NCBI GenBank assembly: GCA_046986985.1
Contig: JBKVKY010000012.1
Span: 89,368 to 153,367 of the forward strand
Direction of reading: 5' to 3'
From: Bacteroides xylanisolvens
Lineage (GTDB): Bacteria; Bacteroidota; Bacteroidia; Bacteroidales; Bacteroidaceae
Length of the DNA: 64,000 nt
A model generated the notes under the pieces. That model had not been told where the DNA came from. It was given only the letters and a program-made list of their open reading frames with translations, and did not search any database. This document shows positions 19,977 through 28,725 of this stretch, piece by piece; the stretch's first letter is position 1, and the number at the start of each line of letters is the position of its first letter. A program made the translations under genes and the position numbers.

Positions 19977-20969
19977 TTATACAAAATAAATGTATGCCAA
20001 TGTGCTCAAGCTGATTATTACCCAAAGCAAAATCCCTTGAACCAAAGGCTTTATTCCAACTGCTTTCAATACATCAATAGAAAGAGAAGCACCGATGAAA
20101 AACATGGTAATCGTCAGAGTTTTACGGGCAATACCGTTAATAGCCGCTCCCAATTGTGGTACTCCATCCAGCAAATAAGTGTTTACTACCAATGCCAACA
20201 CGAAGAAGAAGATAAACCATGGAATACTTATCTTTTGTCCTTTGCTCTTGAAAATAAAGGAAGTAGCAAAAGCCATCGGGATAATCCAAAGCGCACGGGT
20301 CAGTTTAATAGTGGTTGCCACTTTCAATGCTTCTTCGCCATAAGCAGCTCCTGCACCTACTACAGAACTGGTATCATGAATGGCAATGGCCGCCCATGTT
20401 CCGAATTGTTGCTGATCCATATTTAATGCATGACCAATGGCAGGGAAAATGAAAAGTGCGATAGCATTCAAGATAAAGATAGTACCCAATGCCACAGACA
20501 TTTCACTGTCCTTCGCTTTCAACACTGGTCCCACTGCTGCGATAGCACTACCACCACAGATAGCAGTTCCCGAACTGATAAGATAAGCTGTATTACGGTC
20601 GATCTTGAACAACTTACGTCCAATAAACCAACCTATTACCAAGGTTCCGATCACCGAAATGACCGTAAACTCCATGCCTTCCTTACCGGAAGCTAAAGCA
20701 GAATGAAGATTCATACCAAATCCCAATCCTACAACTGAATATTGCAACAGATATTTAGAGGTTTTCTTATTAAACTTAGGATGCGCTTGTCCGCAAGTCA
20801 ATGCAAAAATAAGTCCGAGGAACAAAGCAACCGGAGGAGTTACCCAAGCCGACCATGCTTCCAATCCTGGAATATAGTCTAAAAAAAGAAAGAAAGTCAG
20901 AGTAGAAAGCAGTGCAACATAAATCATTTTATTATTTGCCTGCAAAGTTTTTGTAGCTGTTGAAATCAT
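19977..20969 (-). CDS. YeiH / putative sulfate exporter family membrane protein
   Basis: GTAICGGSAIAA, AIHDTSSVVGAG, ATTIKLTRALW. Confidence 0.88.
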   Translation of the reverse strand: MISTATKTLQANNKMIYVALLSTLTFFLFLDYIPGLEAWSAWVTPPVALFLGLIFALTCGQAHPKFNKKTSKYLLQYSVVGLGFGMNLHSALASGKEGMEFTVISVIGTLVIGWFIGRKLFKIDRNTAYLISSGTAICGGSAIAAVGPVLKAKDSEMSVALGTIFILNAIALFIFPAIGHALNMDQQQFGTWAAIAIHDTSSVVGAGAAYGEEALKVATTIKLTRALWIIPMAFATSFIFKSKGQKISIPWFIFFFVLALVVNTYLLDGVPQLGAAINGIARKTLTITMFFIGASLSIDVLKAVGIKPLVQGILLWVIISLSTLAYIYFV

Positions 20970-20999
20970 ATCTTTTTATCTTTAATTGTTTTCCGGCTG

Positions 21000-21065
21000 C
21001 AAAGGTACGGTAAACAATCAAGACCCGCCAATAGTTTCTAATTATGCATTATAACTTTTAATTAT
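21000..21065 (-). promoter_or_regulatory. Promoter of the YeiH-like gene with two candidate LysR boxes
   Basis: -7 box TACCTTTG (21000-21007, minus strand); ATAg-N7-TTAT at 21031-21045 and ATAA-N7-TTAT at 21051-21065. Confidence 0.55.
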
Positions 21066-21091
21066 AAGCATACGCTTCCCTACAACTACTC

Positions 21092-21466
21092 TTACACTGT
21101 TATAATGTCTTTCCCAAAAGGTGATAATGCCAAAGCTGCCAATTTAAAGTGCTGTAAGCCAAAAGGAATACCAATGATAGTAATACATAATATAGCCCCG
21201 AAAACCAAATGGGACAGACAGATCCAAATGCCCCCCAAAAATATCCACAGGATATTCATCAATATATAAAGGCAACCGCCAGAGCGGTTTCCACTTCTTA
21301 CCTCTTTACCGAAAGGCCACAAAGCAAATCCTGCCAGTTTCAAGGTTTGCATACCAAACGGAATACCAATAATGGTAAGCATCATCAATATGCTTGAAAT
21401 GAGGTATTCAACAGCAGTAAAGATACCACCAAGCAACAACCACAATAAATTCATTAAACAGCCCAT
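21092..21466 (-). CDS. YccF-domain inner membrane protein
   Basis: Two repeats of N.LW..LGG...TIIGIPFG...LWPFG/LSPFG. Confidence 0.9.
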   Translation of the reverse strand: MGCLMNLLWLLLGGIFTAVEYLISSILMMLTIIGIPFGMQTLKLAGFALWPFGKEVRSGNRSGGCLYILMNILWIFLGGIWICLSHLVFGAILCITIIGIPFGLQHFKLAALALSPFGKDIITV

Positions 21467-21482
21467 ATATAAATTGTATTAG

Positions 21483-21908
21483 TTATTTTTCCAATTTTCT
21501 TTTTGTTGTCTCATCCACTTTACCCTGATAATAGCGATCTATCACTTGCTGAAACAAATCATCTGAAGCGACTTCATTAAAGAGCGTCATACATGATAAT
21601 ACTTTCATCGCATCTAACGAACCAAAAACCTCCTGTGCCGTTTTATTTTTCAATTGAAGAAAAACTGACGTTATCTCACGAAGCCTTTCTCCCAAAACCG
21701 GATGGATAAGATATGCTTCTGCCTCTTCTTTGCCGCTAATCCCATAATACTGGGAGTTATAACTCATGCCCAACCCTTTCAGTTGAGGAAATATATACCA
21801 AATCCAGTGGGAATATTTCCGCCCGTTTCCCACTTCTGTAAGGGCTTGTTCATAGTCGCTTTGCTGCGCGTCCAAGAATCGTTGTAAATTATAGTTTGGC
21901 ATATTCAT
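21483..21908 (-). CDS. DUF1810 family protein
   Basis: NLQRFLDAQ, GRK.SHWIWYIFPQLKGLG, HPVLGERL. Confidence 0.88.
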   Translation of the reverse strand: MNMPNYNLQRFLDAQQSDYEQALTEVGNGRKYSHWIWYIFPQLKGLGMSYNSQYYGISGKEEAEAYLIHPVLGERLREITSVFLQLKNKTAQEVFGSLDAMKVLSCMTLFNEVASDDLFQQVIDRYYQGKVDETTKRKLEK

Positions 21909-22278
21909 ATTTTTGCTTAAAATAAATATTATTTTCTTTACATGCTATTGATTATCAGCAATTATTAACTTTATCCATTCCTTATCCACATCACATATTG
22001 TTTCATACCTGAATACAAATATAGCTTTTTTGTTTCATATACGAAACTTGAGTCATATATACAAAAAAATCCGAACCGCTAAAATACAGAAAAGAGATAA
22101 GACAAACACTCTCTCAACCTTATTAAATCAATCAACTACCTTTCAGAATCAGTCCATCATTACTCTTTATCTCATTCATTATTACTCCTCTCCCAGTCTA
22201 TTAACAAATAAATTATTCTTTATTACTGATAAACTTGCTTTTGACGAACAGATAACTTACCTTTGTGTAATAGCAAAC

Positions 22279-22362
22279 TATAAATGAAAGTTTTGATTAT
22301 AAAAACAGAACTTTCATTTTTATAAACGCAAGTTGCATTTATAAAAACAAAACTTCCGTTTA
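22279..22362. repeat. Tandem array of 4 x 21-bp pseudo-palindromic units in the leader of the HU-like gene
   Basis: tataaatgaaagttttgatta / taaaaacagaactttcatttt / tataaacgcaagttgcattta / taaaaacaaaacttccgttta; lies just after -7 box TACCTTTG (22258-22265). Confidence 0.8.
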
Positions 22363-22380
22363 CAGTTTACATTTAACCCA

Positions 22381-22446
22381 AAGGAACTTTTCTATTAGAG
22401 GAAAGGAAGTTTACTTCCAATAGAAAAGAACTTATCTATTAATACT
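22381..22446. repeat. Tandem array of 3 x 22-bp degenerate units
   Basis: aaggaacttttctattagagga / aaggaagtttacttccaataga / aaagaacttatctattaatact. Confidence 0.7.
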
Positions 22447-22462
22447 TTAAACGACAGATAGT

Positions 22463-23107
22463 ATGGCACGATACATTATGGAGGAGATGCCCGACATACA
22501 AAAGACGGGCAAAAGAATTACATATCCGAAGTTTGCACGGATAGACAATGCAAGCATAAAAGAGTTGGCACGACGGGTGGGCGATGTCAGCGGCTTCAGT
22601 GCTGGAGACATAGAAGGCGTGCTGCTTCAGACGGCTATTGAAATGGCACACCTGATGGCAGAGGGACGTTCGGTAAAGATAGACGGGATAGGTACATTCA
22701 CTCCATCGCTCACCTTAGGCAGAGACAAGGAACGGGAAGATGCGGAAGAAGGTGGAAAACACCGCAACGCACAAAGTATTTTTATAGGAGGTGTTAATTT
22801 CCGGGTAGACAGGGAAATGGTAAGAAATATCAGCGATAGATGCCGGTTGGAAAGAGCTCCTTGGAAAAAGCAAAAATCCTCGAATAAATTCACACCGGAA
22901 CAACGACTGACATTAGCCCTAAAGTATCTGGACGAACATCCTTTCCTGACCGTTTGGGAATATCGGAAACTAACCGGATTGCTACAAACAGCAGCAACCA
23001 CTGAACTGCGACAATGGGGACATCAACCCGATTCGGGAATAGAAATCACCGGAAGAGGAACACATAGGGTATATATAAAGAAGAAAATAGTCGAAGAAGG
23101 GCAATAA
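22463..23107 (+). CDS. HU-family DNA-binding protein with C-terminal winged helix-turn-helix
   Basis: SGFSAGDIEGVL...EGRSVKIDGIGTF...VNFR (HU fold); FLTVWEYRKLTGL.QTAATTELR...GRG....Y (wHTH). Confidence 0.85.
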   Translation: MARYIMEEMPDIQKTGKRITYPKFARIDNASIKELARRVGDVSGFSAGDIEGVLLQTAIEMAHLMAEGRSVKIDGIGTFTPSLTLGRDKEREDAEEGGKHRNAQSIFIGGVNFRVDREMVRNISDRCRLERAPWKKQKSSNKFTPEQRLTLALKYLDEHPFLTVWEYRKLTGLLQTAATTELRQWGHQPDSGIEITGRGTHRVYIKKKIVEEGQ

Positions 23108-23108
23108 T

Positions 23109-23265
23109 AGTATGAGAAATGACTTAAAAAAGTATGAGAAATAACTGTTTTTAAGGCTTATTTCACCCGGAAATGATGAGAAATGCGATTTATTAAAAAC
23201 ATTTCTCATACTATAATTCACTGATTATATGCTGATTAATGTAAAATCATGAGAATATGAGAAAT
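23109..23265. repeat. Cluster of six ATGAGAA(AT) motifs (3 direct, 1 inverted, 2 direct)
   Basis: atgagaa at 23112, 23134, 23176, 23249, 23257; inverted atttctcatact at 23201-23212. Confidence 0.8.
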
Positions 23266-23429
23266 AAAAATGTTTTTTTCTTTTCTAGTAGAAGATAATC
23301 AATGACGTTAAAAACTGCGTTTATAATTAGATAAAAAATAAGCGCAAAAGAATGGAATATCCATTTCAAAAAAAACTATCTTTGGTAATTAATTGTTTGG
23401 AAAACAAGAAGAAACAATCTGAAAAAGTT

Positions 23430-25151
23430 ATGGGAACAATAAAAGGAATTCCTTATGGTATGTCCAATTTTGAGGATGTAATCACGCAAAACCGCTATTA
23501 TGTGGATAAAACAATGTATATCCCCATGTTGGAAGATCAAGCCAACTATCTGATATTCATCCGTCCGAGACGCTTTGGCAAGAGCCTGCTACTAAGCATG
23601 CTTCGTTCATATTATGACCTTTCACAGAAAGATAAGTTCCAGCAACTTTTCGGGAATCTCTGGATCGGGCAGAATACAACTCCGCTTCAAGGCAAATATC
23701 AGATGCTTTATCTTGACTTTTCCAAGATTGGCGGCAACATTGATGAACTGCCGCAAAGATTTGATTCGTATAGCACAGTGCAACTGGATGGCTTTCTGAA
23801 CCGTTATCGTGAATACTACACGGATGAGTTTATTGAACGCTTCAGCACAGCGGAAAAAGGGATTGATAAACTGCATATACTAGACGATGAAGCACGCCGT
23901 CAAGGGTATCCCCTATACCTTATTATAGATGAGTATGACAATTTCACAAATGTCGTACTCAACGAGAAAGGAAATGAGATATACCACGCCATCACCCATG
24001 CCAGCGGATTCTACAGAGATGCCTTCAAGAATTATAAAGGAATGTTCGACCGTATATTCATGATTGGAGTCAGCCCCGTAACTTTGGACGACTTGTCAAG
24101 CGGATATAACATAGGTTGGAACATCAGCACTAATCCACTGTTTAATCAAATGCTGGGATTTTCTGAAGAAGACGTACGTACTATGCTCCGATATTATCAG
24201 GAAGCAGGGCAGTTACAAGGAGACATTGAAGAAATGATTCAGGAGATGAAGCCATGGTATGATAATTATTGTTTTGCTCGCCAAAGTCTAAAATCAGATC
24301 CTAAAATGTTTAATTGCGACATGGTACTCTATTACCTACGTAATCGAATTCAGTTAGGAGAATCTCCTGAACAGATGATTGATCCTAATACCCGTACGGA
24401 CTACAATAAGATGAAAAAACTGATTCAACTTGACCGTCTTGACGGTAACCGCAAAGGTGTTATCAAACGAATTGCCGAAGAAGGGAAAATCATGACTAAC
24501 CTATACCAGTCTTTTTCTGCCGATCAAATTACGAATCCGGAAATATTCCCCAGTCTATTATTTTATTATGGTATGCTAACTATCATCGGAACACGTGGAA
24601 ATCTGACTATCCTGGGAATTCCCAACACGAATGTCCGTAAACAATATTATGAATATATCCTGGAAGAATATCAGAATCACCATTATATCAACCTGATAGA
24701 TATAGAGATTTTATTCAATGATATGGCTTTTGACGGACAATGGCGACCGGCATTGGAGTTCATAGCCAAAGCTTATAAGGAGAATACTTCCGTACGCAGC
24801 AGCATTGAGGGCGAACGTAACATTCAGGGATTCTTCACCGCTTACCTTAGCGTGAACGCCTACTATCTCACAATGCCTGAAGTAGAACTAAATCACGGCT
24901 TTTGCGATATGTTTCTGATGCCCGATCTGCAACGTTACGCAGAAGTAGCGCATAGCTATATCTTAGAATTAAAATATCTGCCGAAAGAAAAATACGACAC
25001 CCAAGGCACCGCACAATGGCAGGAAGCCGTAGAACAAATTCATGGTTATGCTGCCGGTCCGAAAGTTCGCCAACTATGTCAGGGAACTCAACTTCATTGC
25101 ATTGTTATACAATTCTGTGGCTGGGAATTAGTTCGTATGGAAGAGGTTTGA
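23430..25151 (+). CDS. AAA-ATPase-like protein with C-terminal PD-(D/E)XK nuclease domain
   Basis: IPYGMSNF, YVDKT, RPRRFGKS (Walker A), IIDEYD (Walker B), E...GFCD...ILELK; start placed at MGTIK downstream of -7 box TATCTTTG (23377-23384). Confidence 0.88.
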   Translation: MGTIKGIPYGMSNFEDVITQNRYYVDKTMYIPMLEDQANYLIFIRPRRFGKSLLLSMLRSYYDLSQKDKFQQLFGNLWIGQNTTPLQGKYQMLYLDFSKIGGNIDELPQRFDSYSTVQLDGFLNRYREYYTDEFIERFSTAEKGIDKLHILDDEARRQGYPLYLIIDEYDNFTNVVLNEKGNEIYHAITHASGFYRDAFKNYKGMFDRIFMIGVSPVTLDDLSSGYNIGWNISTNPLFNQMLGFSEEDVRTMLRYYQEAGQLQGDIEEMIQEMKPWYDNYCFARQSLKSDPKMFNCDMVLYYLRNRIQLGESPEQMIDPNTRTDYNKMKKLIQLDRLDGNRKGVIKRIAEEGKIMTNLYQSFSADQITNPEIFPSLLFYYGMLTIIGTRGNLTILGIPNTNVRKQYYEYILEEYQNHHYINLIDIEILFNDMAFDGQWRPALEFIAKAYKENTSVRSSIEGERNIQGFFTAYLSVNAYYLTMPEVELNHGFCDMFLMPDLQRYAEVAHSYILELKYLPKEKYDTQGTAQWQEAVEQIHGYAAGPKVRQLCQGTQLHCIVIQFCGWELVRMEEV

Positions 25152-26048
25152 TTACAAACTCTTACTGTGATGCCCGGCAAATCGCATGAAAGCTTGAGAT
25201 AAACCTCCCTCCTGCCCTTGCAGTTGCACAAAATTAAACTCGCGCTGCATGGGCATTCCTTTTATCTCAACTACACGAAAATTACCGGCAACCAGTTCCT
25301 TATAAACAGAACGGATAGAAACAATTCCCATACAATCTGTATGTTCCAAAAAAAGCTTGATGCTCTCCGTACTACCGAGATACATCAATACATTCAAAGA
25401 AGAAAGTTTCAAATTATGGCGTAACAGGGAACGCTCAAACACATCCAACGTTCCTGAACCTCTCTCCCGCAAAACTAAGGGGATATTTGGCAAATCTTCT
25501 GGAGCGATCTCATCCGAAACAGCCAATTTACTATGGGTATGAACCACGGCAACCAGTTCGTCTTGCAAAAATGGAGTATACTTCAGATTAGGCAAACGGA
25601 AGATACCTTCAACCAATCCCAAATCAATCCGATGTTCTTGTAAAGCAGCTTCCACTCCCCGGGAATTTCCATTAATCAAAGAAAGATTGATTTGTGGAAA
25701 CTTGGCTATAAAATCCGCCAACAAAGGAGGAAGTACATATTGCGCAATCGTAGTACTGGCACCCAGTTTCAGTTCGCCGATATATTCATTATGCAACAAA
25801 TGCATCTCATATTCCAACTGTTTATAATCGTCCAAAATCTTTTCGCTATGTTTCAATAATAGTTCTCCGGACTTAGTCAACGAGATCTTACTGCCCTGAC
25901 GATCGAACAAACGAGTCTGATAATAAGCTTCCAGTTCCTGAATGTGCTTAGTGATAGCAGGCTGACTGACAAACAGCTCTTGCGAAGCCTTCGTGAAACT
26001 TAAATTCTTCGCCACGCTCTGAAATACTTTTAAACGAAAATCGGACAT
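25152..26048 (-). CDS. LysR-family transcriptional regulator (CysL/YeiE-like)
   Basis: LSFTKASQELFVSQPAITKHIQELE; GASTTIAQY; RERGSGT. Confidence 0.92.
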   Translation of the reverse strand: MSDFRLKVFQSVAKNLSFTKASQELFVSQPAITKHIQELEAYYQTRLFDRQGSKISLTKSGELLLKHSEKILDDYKQLEYEMHLLHNEYIGELKLGASTTIAQYVLPPLLADFIAKFPQINLSLINGNSRGVEAALQEHRIDLGLVEGIFRLPNLKYTPFLQDELVAVVHTHSKLAVSDEIAPEDLPNIPLVLRERGSGTLDVFERSLLRHNLKLSSLNVLMYLGSTESIKLFLEHTDCMGIVSIRSVYKELVAGNFRVVEIKGMPMQREFNFVQLQGQEGGLSQAFMRFAGHHSKSL

Positions 26049-26108
26049 GGAAAATAGTGATTAACTTATTAGTGATTAGCGATTAATGACTGAAATGGGT
26101 AGCTATGG

Positions 26109-26708
26109 CTATAATTCATCAGCTCTGATTCCCAACGCCTGCATGACAGGAAAAGCCAACATATCCCATTTATAAGCTACCGGAGTATCCGGTTCGTTCA
26201 TTCGAAATTGGACAATCTCCTTGCCCTGTACTTCATTCAAAGCATCAGTCACTTTCTTTCCATATTCTTCATTGAAAGATACCAGAATCATTTTTTTCAC
26301 ATCGGCCGAATCGGCTACAATGGATAATAAGTCTAAAAACAAGTCCTCTCTCGACACCATCCCTTCCGACGGAACACTGGCAAACGAATATTCTCCATAA
26401 GGGCTTTGAAAAGCAACTCCATTCAACTCTTTCTCCAAGTCAGAAGGCTGGCAATGCGCAAGATTACCTGACTCTTTATCATAAACAAAAAGAAACTGCA
26501 CTTCATTTTTTCCTTCCGCAATCCCTGCATCCAAAGTCAGATAGGTAGTCAACATCGAAAGATCTATCTCTTGTAAAGAACGTTGCAAAGTCTCTTCGAA
26601 GTATCTCTTCATATCTGTAATTACAAAATTCAGGAAAGCGGCATCAATCAGCACCACTGTTTCCGATAATTTTATTTGTGGTTTATCATTCATATCATTA
26701 GTCATCAA
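26109..26708 (-). CDS. Conserved Bacteroidetes protein (DUF6621-like, possible PIN/NYN-like fold)
   Basis: 199-aa ORF with N-terminal VVLIDAAFL strand. Confidence 0.55.
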   Translation of the reverse strand: MMTNDMNDKPQIKLSETVVLIDAAFLNFVITDMKRYFEETLQRSLQEIDLSMLTTYLTLDAGIAEGKNEVQFLFVYDKESGNLAHCQPSDLEKELNGVAFQSPYGEYSFASVPSEGMVSREDLFLDLLSIVADSADVKKMILVSFNEEYGKKVTDALNEVQGKEIVQFRMNEPDTPVAYKWDMLAFPVMQALGIRADEL

Positions 26709-26863
26709 TTAGAAAACAGATTTACTCTCTACTATAGGACAAAGATAAACTTTCTTATCTTCTCCGGAAAGAATATTTAAAAAAAAGAGAAATTATCAGG
26801 CTATTACTCAATAAAGAGGCGTACCTTTGGAGAAAATTGACAAATTTATTAAATGGCACGATA

Positions 26864-28492
26864 ATGAATAAAAAAAAGAACCAAACTTCGATCGATCTCG
26901 ATGCGATTATGACCGAAGTATTAAACTTGTTTACACCCGAAGAACAACAGGAAGTGATAGATATATTAAGCAATAACGGATTAGAAAAAATCTACCAACA
27001 AATGGAAGAAGCTTTCTATCACTATCAACATCCGGACTATAGCTCGGAAGCAACCCCCATTGCAGCTTACCTGCAAAGGCTTTGGGATATGCAGACATGC
27101 AAAGACTACCCATTTGACGAGTTTAAAAAAGATTGCACGACAGTACCCGCTGCCGAATTAGAAAAAGATTTGCGCAACTTTATCCTGCATCTATTCATCC
27201 ATTATCAAGGACCTCTCGAAAACGCAAAAGAAGAAGACAGACCTTTTAAGTTATGGTATATCTACTGGGCGATGGAACATTACCGAATGGAATCTTCTTT
27301 AAATATCATCTTGGAAATAATGCGGCAAAGTCCGACTTTCCTCGCTTCCTATTGCCACCTCGTACAGGATGAAGCTACCATTGCCATCATTTACCAACTT
27401 GGACAGCACCAATTGCCTTTGCTATTTAGTTTCATGAATGAAGACGGAATCGCTCCTTTCGGAAAAGAAAATATTTGTAGTGCTGTCGCACAAATTGCCA
27501 TAACCAACCCTGAACGAAGATTGGAAATTATTAACTGGTTCTGCCAATTATTGAATTCTTATTACGATCGGTTTGAGCGTGGGGAAGATAATAATATCGC
27601 GATAATTGACTATATCACAAATACGTTGATGAATATCCGTGCCATAGAAACGTTGCCTATATTGGAAAAAATCTATAAACGATTCAAAATTCCCAATACA
27701 TTAACGAGAAGAGGAATCAAAGAAATAAAAAAAGAAATGCCACACGCAGAACTGAAGGGATTGGAAGTGGACAGTATGGAAGAACTAATGAACTTATTGA
27801 ATGAGTTCTTTGCCTTCAATGGGAATAATGAATTTGATGATAACGAATTTGATGAAGAATACGATGACGAGTTTGACGATGATGAATACGACGAATCTTT
27901 CTACATTGAAGAACAAACCTCTAAAAAATTCAATATAAAAATTTCTTTGATTAATTCCGACCCGGAAATATATCGTATTGTGGAAGTTCCTTCCAACATC
28001 CGTCTGGAGAATTTTGCAGATGTCATAAATACCGCAATGGGGTGGGAAGGCTATCACTTGCATCTGTTTCAAAAAGGGAAAACAATATATACAGCCGATG
28101 AATACGGTGATGATCTTTTGTTTGATCCCAATAATACAGTCAACTCCTACTCTCTCTCTTTAGGAGAGATCCTTACCCGAAAAGGCTCACATATTAAATA
28201 TGAATATGATTTCGGAGATAGTTGGGTGCATCGGATTACTCTGGAATCGCAACAAACATATAAAAAGGACGAAACACAAGGCATCTTTCTCATAGACGGA
28301 GCAAATGCATGTCCACCCGAAGATTGCGGAGGAATATATGGTTACCAAGAGATGTTGGAGGCATTAAAACAACCACACTCAAAAGCTGCAAAAGAATATC
28401 GGGAATGGTTGGGAAAGAATTTCAACGCACACAAATTTAATGCGAAAAAAGTAGAAAGAGAGCTTAGAGACTTCCCGATAAGAATCTTCTAA
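26864..28492 (+). CDS. Helical N-terminal domain (DUF1186-like) + acidic linker + plasmid pRiA4b ORF-3 family domain
   Basis: YRIVEVPS...AMGWEGYHLHLF, YEYDFGDSW.H.I, GANACPPEDCGGIYGY; -7 box TACCTTTG at 26822. Confidence 0.8.
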   Translation: MNKKKNQTSIDLDAIMTEVLNLFTPEEQQEVIDILSNNGLEKIYQQMEEAFYHYQHPDYSSEATPIAAYLQRLWDMQTCKDYPFDEFKKDCTTVPAAELEKDLRNFILHLFIHYQGPLENAKEEDRPFKLWYIYWAMEHYRMESSLNIILEIMRQSPTFLASYCHLVQDEATIAIIYQLGQHQLPLLFSFMNEDGIAPFGKENICSAVAQIAITNPERRLEIINWFCQLLNSYYDRFERGEDNNIAIIDYITNTLMNIRAIETLPILEKIYKRFKIPNTLTRRGIKEIKKEMPHAELKGLEVDSMEELMNLLNEFFAFNGNNEFDDNEFDEEYDDEFDDDEYDESFYIEEQTSKKFNIKISLINSDPEIYRIVEVPSNIRLENFADVINTAMGWEGYHLHLFQKGKTIYTADEYGDDLLFDPNNTVNSYSLSLGEILTRKGSHIKYEYDFGDSWVHRITLESQQTYKKDETQGIFLIDGANACPPEDCGGIYGYQEMLEALKQPHSKAAKEYREWLGKNFNAHKFNAKKVERELRDFPIRIF

Positions 28493-28501
28493 CAATTGTT
28501 T

Positions 28502-28566
28502 CTCCACAGAATAGTAAACTTCATTGAAAACCCATCTTATTCTGAAGCCCATCCTATTCTGTGGAG
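28502..28566. repeat. 13-bp inverted repeat enclosing a 14-bp imperfect direct repeat
   Basis: ctccacagaatag (28502) / ctattctgtggag (28554); cccatc(t/c)tattctg at 28531 and 28548. Confidence 0.65.
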
Positions 28567-28659
28567 TATATGGTAAATTCGTCAGTCATATCTAGATAAA
28601 AAAGGTCATTTTGTCCTTTAACTCCTTAATACTCATGCTATTTTGTCATATTTTTATAC

Positions 28660-28675
28660 TTGGCAAATCTTTTGA
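28660..28675 (+). promoter_or_regulatory. sigma54-like promoter of clpB
   Basis: TTGGCAAATCTTTTGA (GG-N10-GA, variant -12 element). Confidence 0.5.
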
Positions 28676-28725
28676 GCCCCTTTAGGTGTTATTAAAAACG
28701 TGAAATAAGAAAGGAGAACAAAGAT

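Noticed and set aside
22279..22446. Tandem arrays here and at 55839-55926 as CRISPR arrays
   Set aside because: The units are contiguous and degenerate with no unique spacers, and there are no cas genes in the window.
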